DNA from: Balanoglossus misakiensis
Taxonomy: Eukaryota; Animalia; Hemichordata
Length of the DNA stretch: 64,000 bases
Assembly (NCBI GenBank): GCA_040954595.2
Contig: CM082577.2
Location: 14,949,903 to 15,013,902, forward strand
Direction: 5' to 3'
This document shows positions 34,671 to 48,900 of the stretch, piece after piece. A program made the translations under genes and the position numbers. The first letter of the stretch is position 1. Each line of letters begins with the position of its first letter. The notes under the pieces are model-generated. The model was given only the letters and a program-made list of their open reading frames with translations, was not told where the DNA came from and searched no databases.

Positions 34671-35525
34671 TAGTCTGGTTCCCTGCCTGCGCTACGCTAA
34701 AGGGAAAGGGGTCAGGTGCGGCCCGATTTCATGCCCAGAAACCTGGGGAGACCACGTGATCATAAACAAGATGGATGCCTCCAATGTACGTACGCCAGTT
34801 AAGATTCATCCAGGCAGTTTATTTTGTTTCGTTTGTTGTAAAGTTGGAAATCGAATGATAAACATTCATGGAGGTAAAGGAGAGAACGGGAAATGAGTAT
34901 CTTACAGGCACGTAAGCTGCAACTGGATAAAAAATTAAAGTTTTAAATAATCTCATATATGCTTTTAATTATGTCTATTAAATGATATTTCATGATAATA
35001 TATCAAGCTCAACAGTTATTTATGACAAAATGGCCAAAAATTAAAGAAAAACGAAAATTCCAGCAATTTTAAAAAAAGAGCAATATTGCAATGAAAAATT
35101 AAAATCTGATGTCTCAGTGGTGTACATTTATTTCCATGAGCTCAAGTGGATGAGATCATGTTTTGTTTATGAAGTTTCATAACCTAAAATGCATCATTTT
35201 CATTGTTTCTTGCATTTTCCCACGGTGGCGGCCATAATCGCTTGCAACAAAGCTTTATTATTTATCTGGTTAAAACTTGCATATGCACTCATATTTAGGG
35301 TTTATAATGCTTGTGTATAGTTCACTGCCTTCATCTGCATGGACTAATAGTAGTGTAGTTTGAAACAAAAATTATGAAAATTATCCCAAAAGTTACAGCT
35401 TACGTGCCTTTAACAACTTAATGTTCGTATGTATCGACCAACGAGAGCCATTTTTACAATAGGCCTGACCCTTTCCCTTTAGCGTAGCGCAGCCAGCGGT
35501 GGGATTGGGGCAGGGAACCAGACTA
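34671..35525. mobile_element. Academ(H)-like non-autonomous element
   Basis: TIRs TAGTCTGGTTCCCTGCC / GGCAGGGAACCAGACTA plus inner IR CTGCGCTACGCTAAAGGGAAAGGG; degenerate 9-bp TSD ATGGGGATG / GGGGGGATG. Confidence 0.65.
34906..35409. mobile_element. TTAA MITE nested in the Academ-like element
   Basis: TIRs AGGCACGTAAGCTG / CAGCTTACGTGCCT; flanks TTAC and TTAA. Confidence 0.7.
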
Positions 35526-38166
35526 GGGGGGATGTAATTTCTCTAGCATGTGAGTGACGTCATTTTAAGGGGAACTAATCTGCTAGGCAGTCTGATTTCA
35601 GGTTACCTTATTTACATGCATTTGCATAAAATCATTTCAAATGAACAGCGCCCCGTGCTTAAGTATGCGTCCGTTAGGATTTTTTCCCAAGGTACCGATA
35701 ATCTCACTTTTCCAGCTTAATACTGCGTTAGAAGAATTGTAGGGAGTGCCAATATGTCAACAGGGGTACCCCCCCCCCTCTTCCCGGTCCCAGTCTAGAT
35801 GAAACAATCAACCTACCACTTCAGTATTGGAGATTTACTTTCCGCCGTGGCGTAGTGACAATCCATTCTCCTGTACATGGTGATTGTCATAAAACTATAC
35901 AGTTCAAAAGAACATTTATTGACTTTACATTATTTAAATGTTAAGAAATTCTAGTCTCGCCACTTCGCTTGTGCGCCACTGGCGGTATGACAAGGCGAGG
36001 CGCGAAGCTCCTCCAGCCTCAGATCACTCGCCGCTCACGTCCAAACTTTGCACTGGCGAAGGGACGAGGTCTGGAATCGAGACTTAAGAACGTTCAAGTA
36101 GTCTTGACAGAAAGTGAACATCATAGACAATGTGTGATTCTAGTCGCAGGATGCAAAATGGAGCAATGACCACTTTAAATACATGTACCGGTAGGTACAA
36201 TTCCCAATACAATAATTATTAACTTTGACTGGGTTTCCCACTACAATATAAAACACAAACATGTTCTTGGTCACTTCACACAAAAATTATTTTCATTATT
36301 AATTTACAGAGCATTGGATTGTTTGTATACGATATTAAACAACTGAGACATCCGATGTGTATCTGATGCGAGGAGAGAGACAACGAGAGGTTGCTATCAC
36401 CACAGTGTGGAATGTCAATAACATGAAATGTATTCGCAACCAGAAACTAGATAGGCATGTTAATAATGTCATGAATATATTTTGAGTGTGCACGTAAAAA
36501 GGACAATCTGTTTGGTCTTCACCCTATTTGGACGTCTCGCCAATATTCACTGCAGTAATTTGAACTGTGAAAGGCTCTCTCGTCCTCTTTCAACTCACAC
36601 AACAATATCGCATTCTGGTTTACCCGGAAGTGCAAAAGACGCGCCGAATAAAATGAAAATATGACTGTGGACATGGCTGTACAAGAATCCTGCATTGACT
36701 TAAACAGAGAGGAATTCCTGGCTCTAAGTGGCGACTGTAAGATGATGTGTAGATACATAGCTTTTCGAACACGGCAGACGTTTATAATGGAGTAGGCCCG
36801 CTACCTATGTTTGAAAACACGTGTGTAGAAAAGTATTCCTTCCATAATTCTTTATCACGGGAGTTATTAAAGTATACATCGACCACAACTGCATGATGCA
36901 TTTATTGGTCACATGTCTACATCAAAGCATACTTAATCATTTCCCACTAAATATCTCAAACTGACACAGCTGTAAAATAGCAACCATAAATGCTCTATGT
37001 GAGGTAACCTGACGCGCAGACACTTGTATTGCACAATGACGTAAGTTTTTTTTAACTGAGATGACGTCATCACATTATTTTCAAAGCGGTCTCAATATTA
37101 TGCTGGTCTGATTCATTAACACGAATACAAAATACAAAATATTTTACACACACGTTTTATCACTTAATTTTAAAATGTCGATTGTACATTTAAATTTATG
37201 TAATAATATTTAAAGGGCTTAAATTTATGTAGGCCTAAACTACAGGATTATGCAATAGTCTGACTTACTATACATAGTCCGTCAAGCAAAATTATTTTTT
37301 TCCAAAAGATATTGTAAATAACTGACATACATTTTTCTTTTAAACTATCACTTAGCAATGACGTATTACTGCCTTGATATGTTGACAGAAATCGATTAAA
37401 TTCTGCGTTTTTACCTGAAGCTCTCTATACACGTTGCAACCACTTTTGTTGATAAGTCGAATTTTGGTTGTGATATCAGTACACTAATGTCGTTTTTATA
37501 TTCTGCAAAGGCGATACGTGGCATTTTAGGTTTTGCTGTACAATTTATTAGTATGTTATTTTAATTGTTCAGTCATGTCTGTAACAACACAGTATTTACT
37601 TGAACTATCTACATGGTTCCGACTTTAATGTCTAAAATAAAGTCCAGTGATTCAAAAAGTATGACATTGTTTGGTGAGACGTGAAGGAATATATATATAT
37701 AGGATTGATCCAACAAGACACTAGTCGACATGGAAACGATTTGACATGATTTGTGAACACGACTGAACGTATAAGGTTCCTGCATCACCGGTGTACATGG
37801 AATGTTGATCATCTCTTGTCATGTGTGCACAAAACGTCAGGCCACCATTATCGAAACATTTCTGAATGCAACAATCGTCAGTTGACTACAAAAAAATTAT
37901 GATACATATTTTGCATTTTGGAAATAATCCGACTTTGTTACAGCGATAGTTAATGTAAATGTACAACTCTTTAATTAAATTAAAAAGATATTGCTGTTTG
38001 TGGTGAAATATTATATCTTGTGACTAATGATTTTTTTATTTACAAAGACAGTCCGAATGACCAAACACAACGATTTTTAAATGATTAGGATAATCTTTTA
38101 TTCGTTTTTTTTATCCGGTAGATCATACGATACTCTAACCTTGAATTAGTCTGCGTTTTTTCTCTC

Positions 38167-40837
38167 TCATGATGTTGTCAAGGCAGTCTTTGTCTTCTTT
38201 GTAGATTTGCTGTTTTTCAACGAGATCGCCATGGTCCACTCCTTGCCCTCATGTTGTTGTGTGACGTCAATATCGCCGTAATGACGTAGTACAAAACCAA
38301 CCAATCGATCCACGCTGCGAAGAAATGCCTCTTCACAGAAATCATTGCTGCTCGTAGAGGTGTCCACTTTCGGAGACTCTGGGCCTTGGATTTTAACTGG
38401 TGGAAGGGAGAAAGAAAGATTTTATCGTCACCTGTTTGCATGGAATGTCGTCTTGGTTTTGCTTTAGTCGACGTCTCGCTCTTTCTCTCGCCAACGCGAT
38501 ACCTACTCCCTGCCTCCCGCCGCCTCCCTCTCCTCTCCCTCCCTCCCCTCCTCTCCCTCCCCTCCTCTCCCTCCCTCTCCCCTATCTCCAGTGCTTCGTA
38601 CCATTGCGAACAACTTGTTCGAGACCAATTTGAGATTTTCACGAAACTTACATTGAAACACCGTCGATGTATTGCGACCCACATACAACAGAATGTGAAG
38701 GGGAGAATGCCTGCTCACCTTTAGGTATTTTGTGGCGTGTGACTGCTGACCCACTGTTCCTGGTCATGCCCACAAATGTGAGGAAACGTCTCCAGATGAA
38801 CTCCACTATCTCATACTCGTTGGACTGTCGACTGATGTCATTCTTCACCGCGTGGATACTTTGATTGAGGATGGTGAGGAACATGTTCATCAGAATCCAG
38901 TAGAGACACAGGATGAAAAAGAAAAAGAAGATCTTACTGAATACCCGGTTGATCTCGTTGAGGGCGTGGTAGTCGAATCTGCCGAGCATCATGGATATCT
39001 GAGTTGCCATGGTGATGCTCAACGTCGCGTAGTCCATCAGGGCCCTGCCGAAGACCAAGTAGAAGACTTGGCAATACGCCACGAAGACGATGATCCAGAT
39101 GACGCTGAAGTACAGCAGATCCCGGAAGCAGTTTTTCAGTGTCATTCCCAACATGGACATCCGCTTGTTGAATCGCAGCAACTTCAGGAATTTGAGAACG
39201 GCGATGAAGAGGGTCATGGCAAGGAACCAAGTGAAGATATTGTCCCAGTATGCAAGGTGTTGAAAGTTGACGAATTTAGCTGACGAGAAAAGAAACGGAG
39301 GGATGTCATTTTCTTCAAAAAGTTTACGGGCTGTGCGACACTGAAGCGCGCTGCAATATTGTCGAGGTTTGCATCAAAAGTGAAAATCACTTGATGTACC
39401 GATAGGTGTGATAGAAACGCTAAACGTCCCAAAGAATTATATTGAGAATTAAGATTCACTTCTACTGTTTTATCACATAACTGAGCGAAATTAAATCAAA
39501 TTCAGTGGTCGAATAAAATGGTCACCGGGCTCAATTTTCAGAGAGACTTCGTTAAAGTTTTCACTCATAGAAAATAAACCATTGGAGAAAAAATGGCGAC
39601 CCTTCATTTGTTTATATGGATTTAAGATCTTAAAAAAGAGAATCCTAAAATCCACACTTAAAAGAAATTAAGTACCCTTTTTACAGATCGCATATCTTTC
39701 ACTGAAGTAGCTGCCTAATATACTCACTGTGATCCGTGTGAACATTGGTTAACGCCAGGGTTGTAAATATTTGCCTGAGGGCGTACATGGCAATGACGAC
39801 GATGGCAAACACGATCAAGACCATTTCAAGACAGTTCCAGAAACTCTTGAAGTACCGCTTCTTCTCTTTACGAATTTTCATCAGTTCATGGATCATAAAG
39901 TACACCACGAAGGCCACGTAGACAAGCTGTGCCAAGATGACAAATATGGCTGCCAGGCCAACGTAGTTGTACAGTCGAAAGGTGGAAATGTTGGGCGAAA
40001 GCAGACCGCCGCCAACGGTCGGTAGCTCGATCAGAAAGGTCACCAGACTGAACAGGTTAACATTAGCGTTGTAGACCGTCAGTTCGACGAATATTGCCCT
40101 GGTGTATTTGTCGTACCAAGAGTTATTCCTCAAGTAGTCGATCAGTTCAAAGGATTTCTCCATGGTGCTTCCCAAGGTAGCCACGTAACCTCCTCCGCCG
40201 TAGAGAGTTTGGTAACCCAGCACTGGCAATCCGTTCAACTCGCTGGCTGTGTGATAGATCCACGGAGAGTCTTCACCAGTCGGGATCGATGTGGAATTTT
40301 GTCCAGTGAGATTGAGGGGTATCCAGCCAACATCAAAATGCCCAATCTCTTCGTTACCGTATATCTCGTAGTCAACGGAGCAGCGCGGAACGACGGCGCC
40401 CATGGGATCTACAACATCACACTTTTCTGGAAAAATTAAAAAAAACATCACAGGCAATCGCCACAGTTACACCTTCAGTTTGTAAGTGATGTTATTCAAT
40501 ACAACAAAGAAGGAACAGGAAAATAACACGGCCAAATGACGTTGGGATAAGTTTTAGTGGTATATCATTTTTGATGGAAACACGTTCAGAATATTATACA
40601 GAAAATATTTTTTTAAATCCTACTCTGAGATAAACATGGAATTTGTGTTTTTTTAAAAACATTACCTGGTGAAACACGGAGTTGTCGAAATCTGGCTGGA
40701 CCTACTCTGTAAGACTCTCTGTTTTTGATAAATCGTTTGTGTCTCCAGTGCATTTTCTGTCCATTGTAGTATTCCTCCGAGTAGAGGCCGGGAATCATCG
40801 CTTCTTCCATCCAATCCCAGAAGACATTTGGGGAGGT
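38167..40837 (-). CDS. Polycystin TOP and TRPP-like channel exons plus C-terminal tail
   Basis: RVGPARFRQLRV, YGGGGYVATLG, WYDKYTRAIFVELTVYNANVNLF, SFWNCLE, LKFLKLLRFNKRM, LMNMFLTILN. Confidence 0.92.
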
Positions 40838-42952
40838 CTAAAGAATGAAGAGGTTCAAATTTGGTCAAGTTGACTTTCAAACGAGAGTGGCATCTTGTAG
40901 TTTAGGCATGGCAGTGTAACAAGATGTGATTTATGTTTTGTGTTTTGAAATCTGACCCGTTCATCAATTCACTGTCAGTGAAATTAGGGAAATCTTTGGA
41001 TAATGAATACGCATTGGATGAATAACAAGTGTATTTGTCCGCTATAGGCATGTGCCAACCGGAGGACGTTTCACAGGTCAAATTAATTTACATCATGCAT
41101 GCGGCATCTGTTCTTTGACATCAGCCGCGAAGTTGCGGATAGAGTATTTCCTGCTCAATACACCAAGCCCTGTTTGCCAAACTCCCATTTGACAATTCTT
41201 CACTGAAGTCACAGTTCGCTGGAAGACTTCCTGCCATTTTCTGACGCGGTGTTAACCATTCTGTCTTTTGACCTCTTGGTCCGCTGATACTGTGGTGTAT
41301 ATCATTGACATGATTTTCTATACACGTAAAGCGCGTGAACAAATAGCTTTGCTTATAAAAAAAAACAACAATTGCCACGATTTGATAGAACAAATTTAAA
41401 AAACTTGGCGGAGAAACGATTTCTTCTTACCCTAGAAAGTCCGTCAAAATTGATTCTCGCCTGTGAATAAAAAGAAATAAACATGACGAGTAAAGATACG
41501 GCTCTTTACAGTGTCGCTCAATTAAGCGGAGAGCAATGTTCAGTGTCACAAATAAAATAAAAACTAATACCGACTTATTATTTGCAGAGAAATGAAGTCT
41601 GCAAATATTAGCCTTCAAGTAAGGATTCTTCGACTGTAATAAATTTTCTTGATGTCGGTTTTTCAAATTCGCATATGCTAATATATTTGGATATTTATCT
41701 CCCGTGTGTCTTTGACGTTTGCTGTACTACATTGTAAACTGCAATGCCATAGGAATAGCATATTTTTCACTTACATCCTGTGGGGAAACTCGAAAAACGA
41801 CTCTTAAGTTACTTAACTTCTGACGTACGCATCCCCAGCTACTTGTATTTGATTTGAAATGTTATTCTACTTTCAAAACAGCGCATATTTCTTCCACATC
41901 GAGGTTTATATAAAAATTTAGAACTGAGAAGAAAATATGTTATATTACACTAACCAGTTTATGTTCACTTTCGAAGAAAACTTGATGAATAGAGTTGGTC
42001 ATGACGTAAGAATTTGGATCTCTGTTAGTATAGCACAAACTGAGAAGCACGATGACAAACACGCCGAAGAGGGCGATCTCCCTCAAGACGTTCTGCATAT
42101 GAAGTTCATTGAGTCGTTCCTTTCTCAGCGCTTCAAGTTTGTCACCCTTTGGCGGCAGCACGTATGCCTTCCTTCTAGCATCTGAAATCAAAGGTAACAA
42201 TATGCATGTATAATGATATTACTGATATGGAGAGAAATATTCACTACTCAATGATACGACAAAAAATATCGACGCTCTCCAGGCAAGGCACTGTCATGTT
42301 AAATATCGTCACTTGATTTTTTTCACTAACGGTTAATTGTCGGTTAGGTATCTTGCGTAACCACAGTCAAGATATAAGCATCACATTTTGCAGTGTCTGG
42401 TTAACTTGGTTAGGAGAAGACATCACAACAACGTCTTATTTTATTTATTTTATCATTGTATTTTAAATTGACATAAGATTTAAAACGACCGATCTGGGTA
42501 TTCACTAATTTCCGTTCCAACTTTCCCTTTGTAAGTAAAGATAAAACCAAATGCATTGATCAGACCCTTCTCATGTATTAAGAATGACAACAAACATACG
42601 CACCGCCGCTGATGGTAATTGGTCCTTGGAGATATTCCTCGTCGGGTTTTAAACTGTTCTCCTTTACATTGGGTTTGCCGCCCTCTTCCTCATCGTCTGT
42701 GACTTTCTTCATGAAACACGAAAAGAAGATGGCAATAACGATGACCTGTAAAAATAAAAGGTGAAAATTCGGGTCGATTTATGAATGTTGACTAAGGTTT
42801 TGAACTAGTTAAAGAGCATGGCGGCCGATTTTCAAAATCTGTATGCAAGAATAATAGCTACCATTCACGAATAGAAGTCCCTTAATGGACTTCTGTTGTA
42901 CATCTCCGCGGCTCAATCATCATCATCATCATCATCGTCATCATCATCATCG

Positions 42953-42985
<33 letters not shown>

Positions 42986-45900
42986 CCACCACCACCACCA
43001 CCACCACCACCACCACCACCACCATTACTACTTCTATTACGATGATGATGATGATGATGATGATCTTCAAATAACATCTGAGCAATTTGTTTGCATTTCA
43101 TAGTACGCTAATGTTCACCTGATGTACAGTCATTTATTTACCTGTACAGGTTGGGTGACCAACACCGATAGGGAAAAGGACAGGACAATTGATATCAGCC
43201 ATTGTACAGATTTTTCAGCACCCCATTCCATGCTGTAAAGTATGACGAAAAATGCCGAAGTTACAACAGTTACAGTGCATATGATCCAACCGATATAGAG
43301 ACACCAGTGAGGCAAGGAGCACGTTTTCCTCTTCTTCTTTGCTGTCTGTTTGTTTTCTTCCATGTCGTTAAAGAGCACATCGAACTTGGCAGATTCCGGC
43401 CTCGTCTTTCTTCGGCTAATCCACTTGGAGAGACTGATCGTACCGGGTCGACTTCTTCTGAAGATTTCGACAATGATAAAGTTGATGGGAAACACTACCA
43501 GGTTGGTCATCACGCTGACGTAGAACTCGAATGACGTCAGAATAAAGGGGCCGATTGTCACCGTAAATACGCTCTTGGCGCGAACTTCGGCCCTGAACCA
43601 CATGGCGCTGGCCAGCATGGAGCAGTAGAGAAGCGACAGGCAGCAGGTCAGTCGTTGCACTCGAGTGAAATGGCTCTTGCTTGGACGGGAGAGGACCGAA
43701 AACCAGAGGTGCTTCTCTGACAAATTCTTCCTCGCCGACTGGAAGAACAACTGGTTGAAGTTGGTCAAGTCTTCTCTGCCAGCCACGGGGATCACTCGGT
43801 CTATCAATCCATCGTCGTATTCCACTGCAAGCCATTTGTCACAGATAAAGTAAAATCTGAAGGGGGCAAATAAAGTTCAAGAAGTCGTAGTGACACTAAA
43901 AAGTGATGGTCAATTCTGTTTATGTATGAAATTTCATGAGGTTGCCATCTATAATGTGTTATTTGCGTGCAATTTATCGGTATCGAGACCACGTCATGTA
44001 TCAATACTAAGCGATGGTGCAAATGTTTAGTGTAAAGACGTGGAATCGGACTATGTATTTAGATAACTGTTTGCGACATTTCTGCATGATTTACTAACAA
44101 CATGGTGTGCATATGTATTTCATACACATAGAAATTGTATTGTGCAAAGTTGTGAATTGAAACGACGGGGTGTCTGTCAGAGTGTCACGTGTCTTGAATG
44201 CTGAATAACAAATGCGGGCGACGTATCTTAAAACCCTTCTTTTGCCAATTTCTATTTTATGCATAGTGTGTCCTCGGCACTCACAGAGAAAAACACCGAC
44301 CAAAGCACTTTTTATGACTTGATACCTCTACTATAATAAAGATAGTTGTGCGATACACAAAATTCATCGCTGCACCCTAATGATCATTCCTGAAAACGTA
44401 TCACAGAACAAAGAGAAATGATTTTTTGTCAAAACGCGTTGTCTGATAATTAAACAAATAAACATAACTGCAACAGCTTACCGTTCACCAGTCTGTACGT
44501 CAGTCATCATGATTCGTGATAGATACCAACTACCATGCTGGCCCTGACCAGAATCATCGTGCCAAATACGCAGATATGCTAATGGCCCTAGACACTGCGG
44601 CACAGCCATCACAAAATGGTCGATGCTACCTGTTTGAAACAACTTCAGAAGAAAATTTCTTAAATAGCAATTATGCTCATGCAAGTTGTTTTTCAAAATC
44701 ATTTAGTGGGGGTTTAGTAAAGCACGCTGAGAGTGAATATAAAACAAAATGTTCTCAATAGACCACGTGGATCTATTTTGTTGCACTGTTTGGAGTTTTT
44801 CGGTTCTATTTGGAGAAAACAAATACTTATGTTTATGTTTATATAGCATGATGGTGCATGGTACAGTGATTAAGGGAACCGCCATTAACTATGGCCTGGT
44901 GGGAAGTCCTGCAAGAATAAAAAGATATGGCTTCATCTACCAACCTGTCGTCTGTTATCATCGAGAACTCGAATTCCGGTATCTTCCTCGTCGCCAGAGA
45001 GCATAAAACTGACCTTGGACTTGGTGCCAGCTCCACGACGCATGCCAGTGTACACTGCGATCTCATAGAAGTATTTATCGTGAGAATTATTGTCGGCCAA
45101 TGGCGTTACTCCCCACTGCAACAGAATGTTATTGAATATTTTTAAAGATTGACAAAACAAATTTTTGCCAAAAATTTTGCATGTGCTAATTTGTTATCAA
45201 AATCATTACACTTTCAATTACAACATTTGCAGTCATAAACGTTGTTCACATTCGCCATGCAATCCGACAATCCGACTGAAATTTACGGCGACATATGTAA
45301 CTTTATTTTCGGGAATAGATTTGGTCCGCGTCCGCACTACACCGGTACCCGAGTTTGCCTCCACCGTCTTATTGCATATGAGCATATGACTGTGTCAACT
45401 AGGTCGACGTTACGCGTGCACACGTGCGAATTTAGGTCGGCCCAGATTTTACGTTGGTCCTGGATCCCCCTTCCTACCAGGACCAAGCTAAGTTGGCCCT
45501 ATAGGCCGACGCAGCGTGTACTGTCCACATTGGTTATTTTACATCGGCTCAGGCCCAGCATCACCTGTACATGCCAGTGCACGGTCGGTGGATGGGCGGG
45601 TCATCTGCCTACCTTTTCTATATCTTTTCTGTCTTGGCGCCGTGCCCAGATTAATAAAAGGAAGTAGAGACCAAGAAGGACGAAAACAGTGGAGAATACG
45701 GAAGCGTTTTGGTTGACGTTGAATTTATTGAAAACCGTTGAGAAATCGATGCTGTTTGGAGGAACGAAGAAATCCGCGGCAAAGGACGTTAAATGCGAAC
45801 ACAAACAATGCGTTGCCTGCGTTGTCGTCAGATCTCCCACCTGGAAAGAATCGACAAAAGACACGTTAAATCTTGACGACCAAGAAAATTAGGAATGTGC

Positions 45901-48900
45901 GATCGGTAACATATTAAAAACACAGGGGTAAAAGTTAAGGACGCGAATTTGGAGGTAATAAAATTAAATATATGTCATCAATTTAATTTTGACCAGTGAT
46001 TTTATGTGTAGGAGTATATACGGGGGAGATAATTTCAAATTAAAATTGCGACATACAATGCGCAGCCGGCCCTTTGTTTCCCAAAAAACTATCCTTGTAT
46101 ATATAGAGAGAAATCTCTTGAAAGGATGGAAACGCCCATGGGCTTGGTATTTGTGTGTGTTAAGTAAATATTATTTTGTTCCGATATCATTGTATTTATT
46201 TTAATTTAATTTTTTTTCTTGTATATAAAATATACAGAGAGGTCTCTCTTGAAACTATAGAAACGCCCATGGGCGTGGCATTCTGGCCTGGCTGTTAAGT
46301 AAATGGTACTTTGTTCCGACGTCACTGTATTTATTACATCGCTGTTTTTTCTAGAAGTCGCCATGTTAATTATATAATGATAAACAAGGTCAACGGTCTC
46401 ATCGATACGATGTATGCATACTTTTAAGTCTCTTGCATGCACTAGACCTAGTGTGGACTTCAATTTCGACCTGGCTTTTTATCAAATCTTTTGCCATGGT
46501 GATATTTTAGCCAATGTGACAAAAGATGATAATGTTGAATTCAGATTTCTCATCATATATGTAGAGATTTTATTTCTCGTGATATGAACAGGCAAAGATC
46601 TGAACTGACAATGCGTTTACCACGAGACCAAGAATAGTATAAGAATACTAGTACATGTACCGGTATAAGAATGCGCACTATAGATAATTGGGACAAGGGT
46701 GTTTTAACCCAACTTTCACGAAAACGTCATCTTTCGTATGTGGTGATAGTTATATGAAGAAAATTATTATTTAATACTAAAATAATAATATACGCACCCT
46801 ACATCCATCGTTAATCCACTTTTCATCGGACTCGTGCCAAAACAGACAATTGGATGAAATAACAGTGAATGAATAATTGGTATGAGTGGCAGCCATTCCA
46901 ATGACGTCATCTGAAACATTCAATGTGCTTCTTTTGAGTTTTAATAATCGTGTTTATTCTCTATAATCTTACCACAGAAGATCATATGAATGACGCTAAT
47001 TACACTTAAGGGTGAGTTCATTCCAGCTGATTTTACATATGTGCCAGCTTAAAAAGGAAGCCGTCATCGCGCCGCGTGGGTGTCCCACTTGATGAGAATA
47101 TGTCCTCCCATACAATCGCAATACTAGGATCTTCATTCTAGGATCTTCAGTTGCTGTCATGCGCAGTCTTTGGTACGGTTGGCTGCCTCGTTCACTCTAA
47201 GAATTATGTAATTTCAGGGATTTGTGGATGAATTGTAATGTTTATAAACAAAAAACCGCGATGCGACGACCGCTTCCCTTTAAGTTCAGTTATTTTAGGA
47301 AAATCAATTTTAGTCATATACTAGTATAACTCGCACGATATTTTATAGAAACGAAAGGGAAGTGGCGGACGTTGCATTCTTGGGCTTCATAACTTACTGC
47401 ATTTTGAATTATGCCAAAAACAAATATTAATTTTATGTAGATTGTTCTTCACTTACAATTACTGTTTTGTTATTTGCTCTGTTATTTTGTCCAAAAAATA
47501 GCGCGAGTATTAATTTGAAGTATTTCTGAAAGCAAAGTTACAAAACTTTCAACATCCAGTTTCAAATTCACAAAACCAAACAATGTTCTGCAATCGGAAC
47601 CGATCCCAATTGTATATATTTGAAGAGTATTCATGAAACGTACCTGGCAGTTGCACGGCGATATAATATTGACCTCTTCGTTGTAACACAGAAGAAGGAA
47701 CGTGACAGGAATATTTCAACTCATCGGTGAGATCTTCCCATAAGGCGTCGCCGCTGTCCACGCTGCGTGGCAAATCACACGAGAAGTCGTGATCTGCGAG
47801 AGTTGGTGGCTCGTTGAATTTCACATAGGCCTTCAAGGGGATTTGCGTCGTCGGGAGAATTATAAGTCGATAGCTGTTGTCCAGGCTATTCACCTCGAAC
47901 ACGTGACCGTACAACTCCTGTGGTCGGGGAAATTCCACAGCGACCGTCTCCCATTGGGGCAGCAAGTTTGGATCGTTGTCCAGGAAGAAGGCGACCTCCT
48001 CGTCCAAACCGGAGACAGCCAGTGTATTGCCGCTGGAATCGATGACGTTCAGACCGATGACGCCAGATTTGATTTTACTTCTGGTGGGATCCCAGCTGTA
48101 GGGATTACCTGAGAATGACGTGGTCTGTCAGACCACGCGTTGATGGAAACAACAGAAGATTACAAACTGGCGAACAGTGAATGTTGAGACACCGGTTTCA
48201 GGTACTGGATGAGAGCAAGATTTAAGGAAAATAATTGCCAAACCATAGTTCTCATTAGAGACATTATAGGTCCCTTCACACATCATCAGATTATTTGCGC
48301 TTTAATGTTACGATGCTGTTCTTTTCTCGAAATCTGAAATACGATATCTCTTCTGAAGAGGTTTACTTGCTTAGCGTTCCTTGCTCTTTCTGATGATAAT
48401 ACCTAAAAGACCAACATTTAAAATGGGCTAACATCGCCTTTATTTAAATGTAATAGGCCTTTATGCATTTACCGACTTAAAATGTACGTTTTGTAATGCA
48501 GTGTGCGCAAGATCTCGTGTGAACAATTGAGATCATTCGGCCAACCCAGATCTACGTGTAACGCATTTGAAGTTTACCTAGACATTAAAAACGAATATTG
48601 AGACTAGAAAAACAAGTTGTCTTATGATTTAATCACTTTTTAAATAAAGGTTTTGGATTGTCGTTCACATTTTTCACTAATCGTGTTCCCCGCTACAGAT
48701 GCAGAGACCAAGTAAGTCATCTTGGTGTGGAATTTGTAAGACGGCTATTCTTCCCATTTGAGGAACGCGGAACCCGTAGCCGGATCAAGTATAATATGCT
48801 CGCGTACTATTTCAGAGTGGCTTCGGTTTCGCCAATTTCTTGTCAGTGGTTGGATATTTTCCAACAAGATGCAATTCAATGTTATATTAGTCCATCATAC

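Noticed and set aside
35952-36086. Tiny Academ-like element (TAGTCTCG...CGAGACTT)
   Set aside because: The TIR is too short and no TSD could be confirmed.
38217-38684. 155-aa ORF as the C-terminus of the polycystin
   Set aside because: It runs through a purine-rich intronic tract; the strong acceptor at 38397 gives a different frame ending at 38167.
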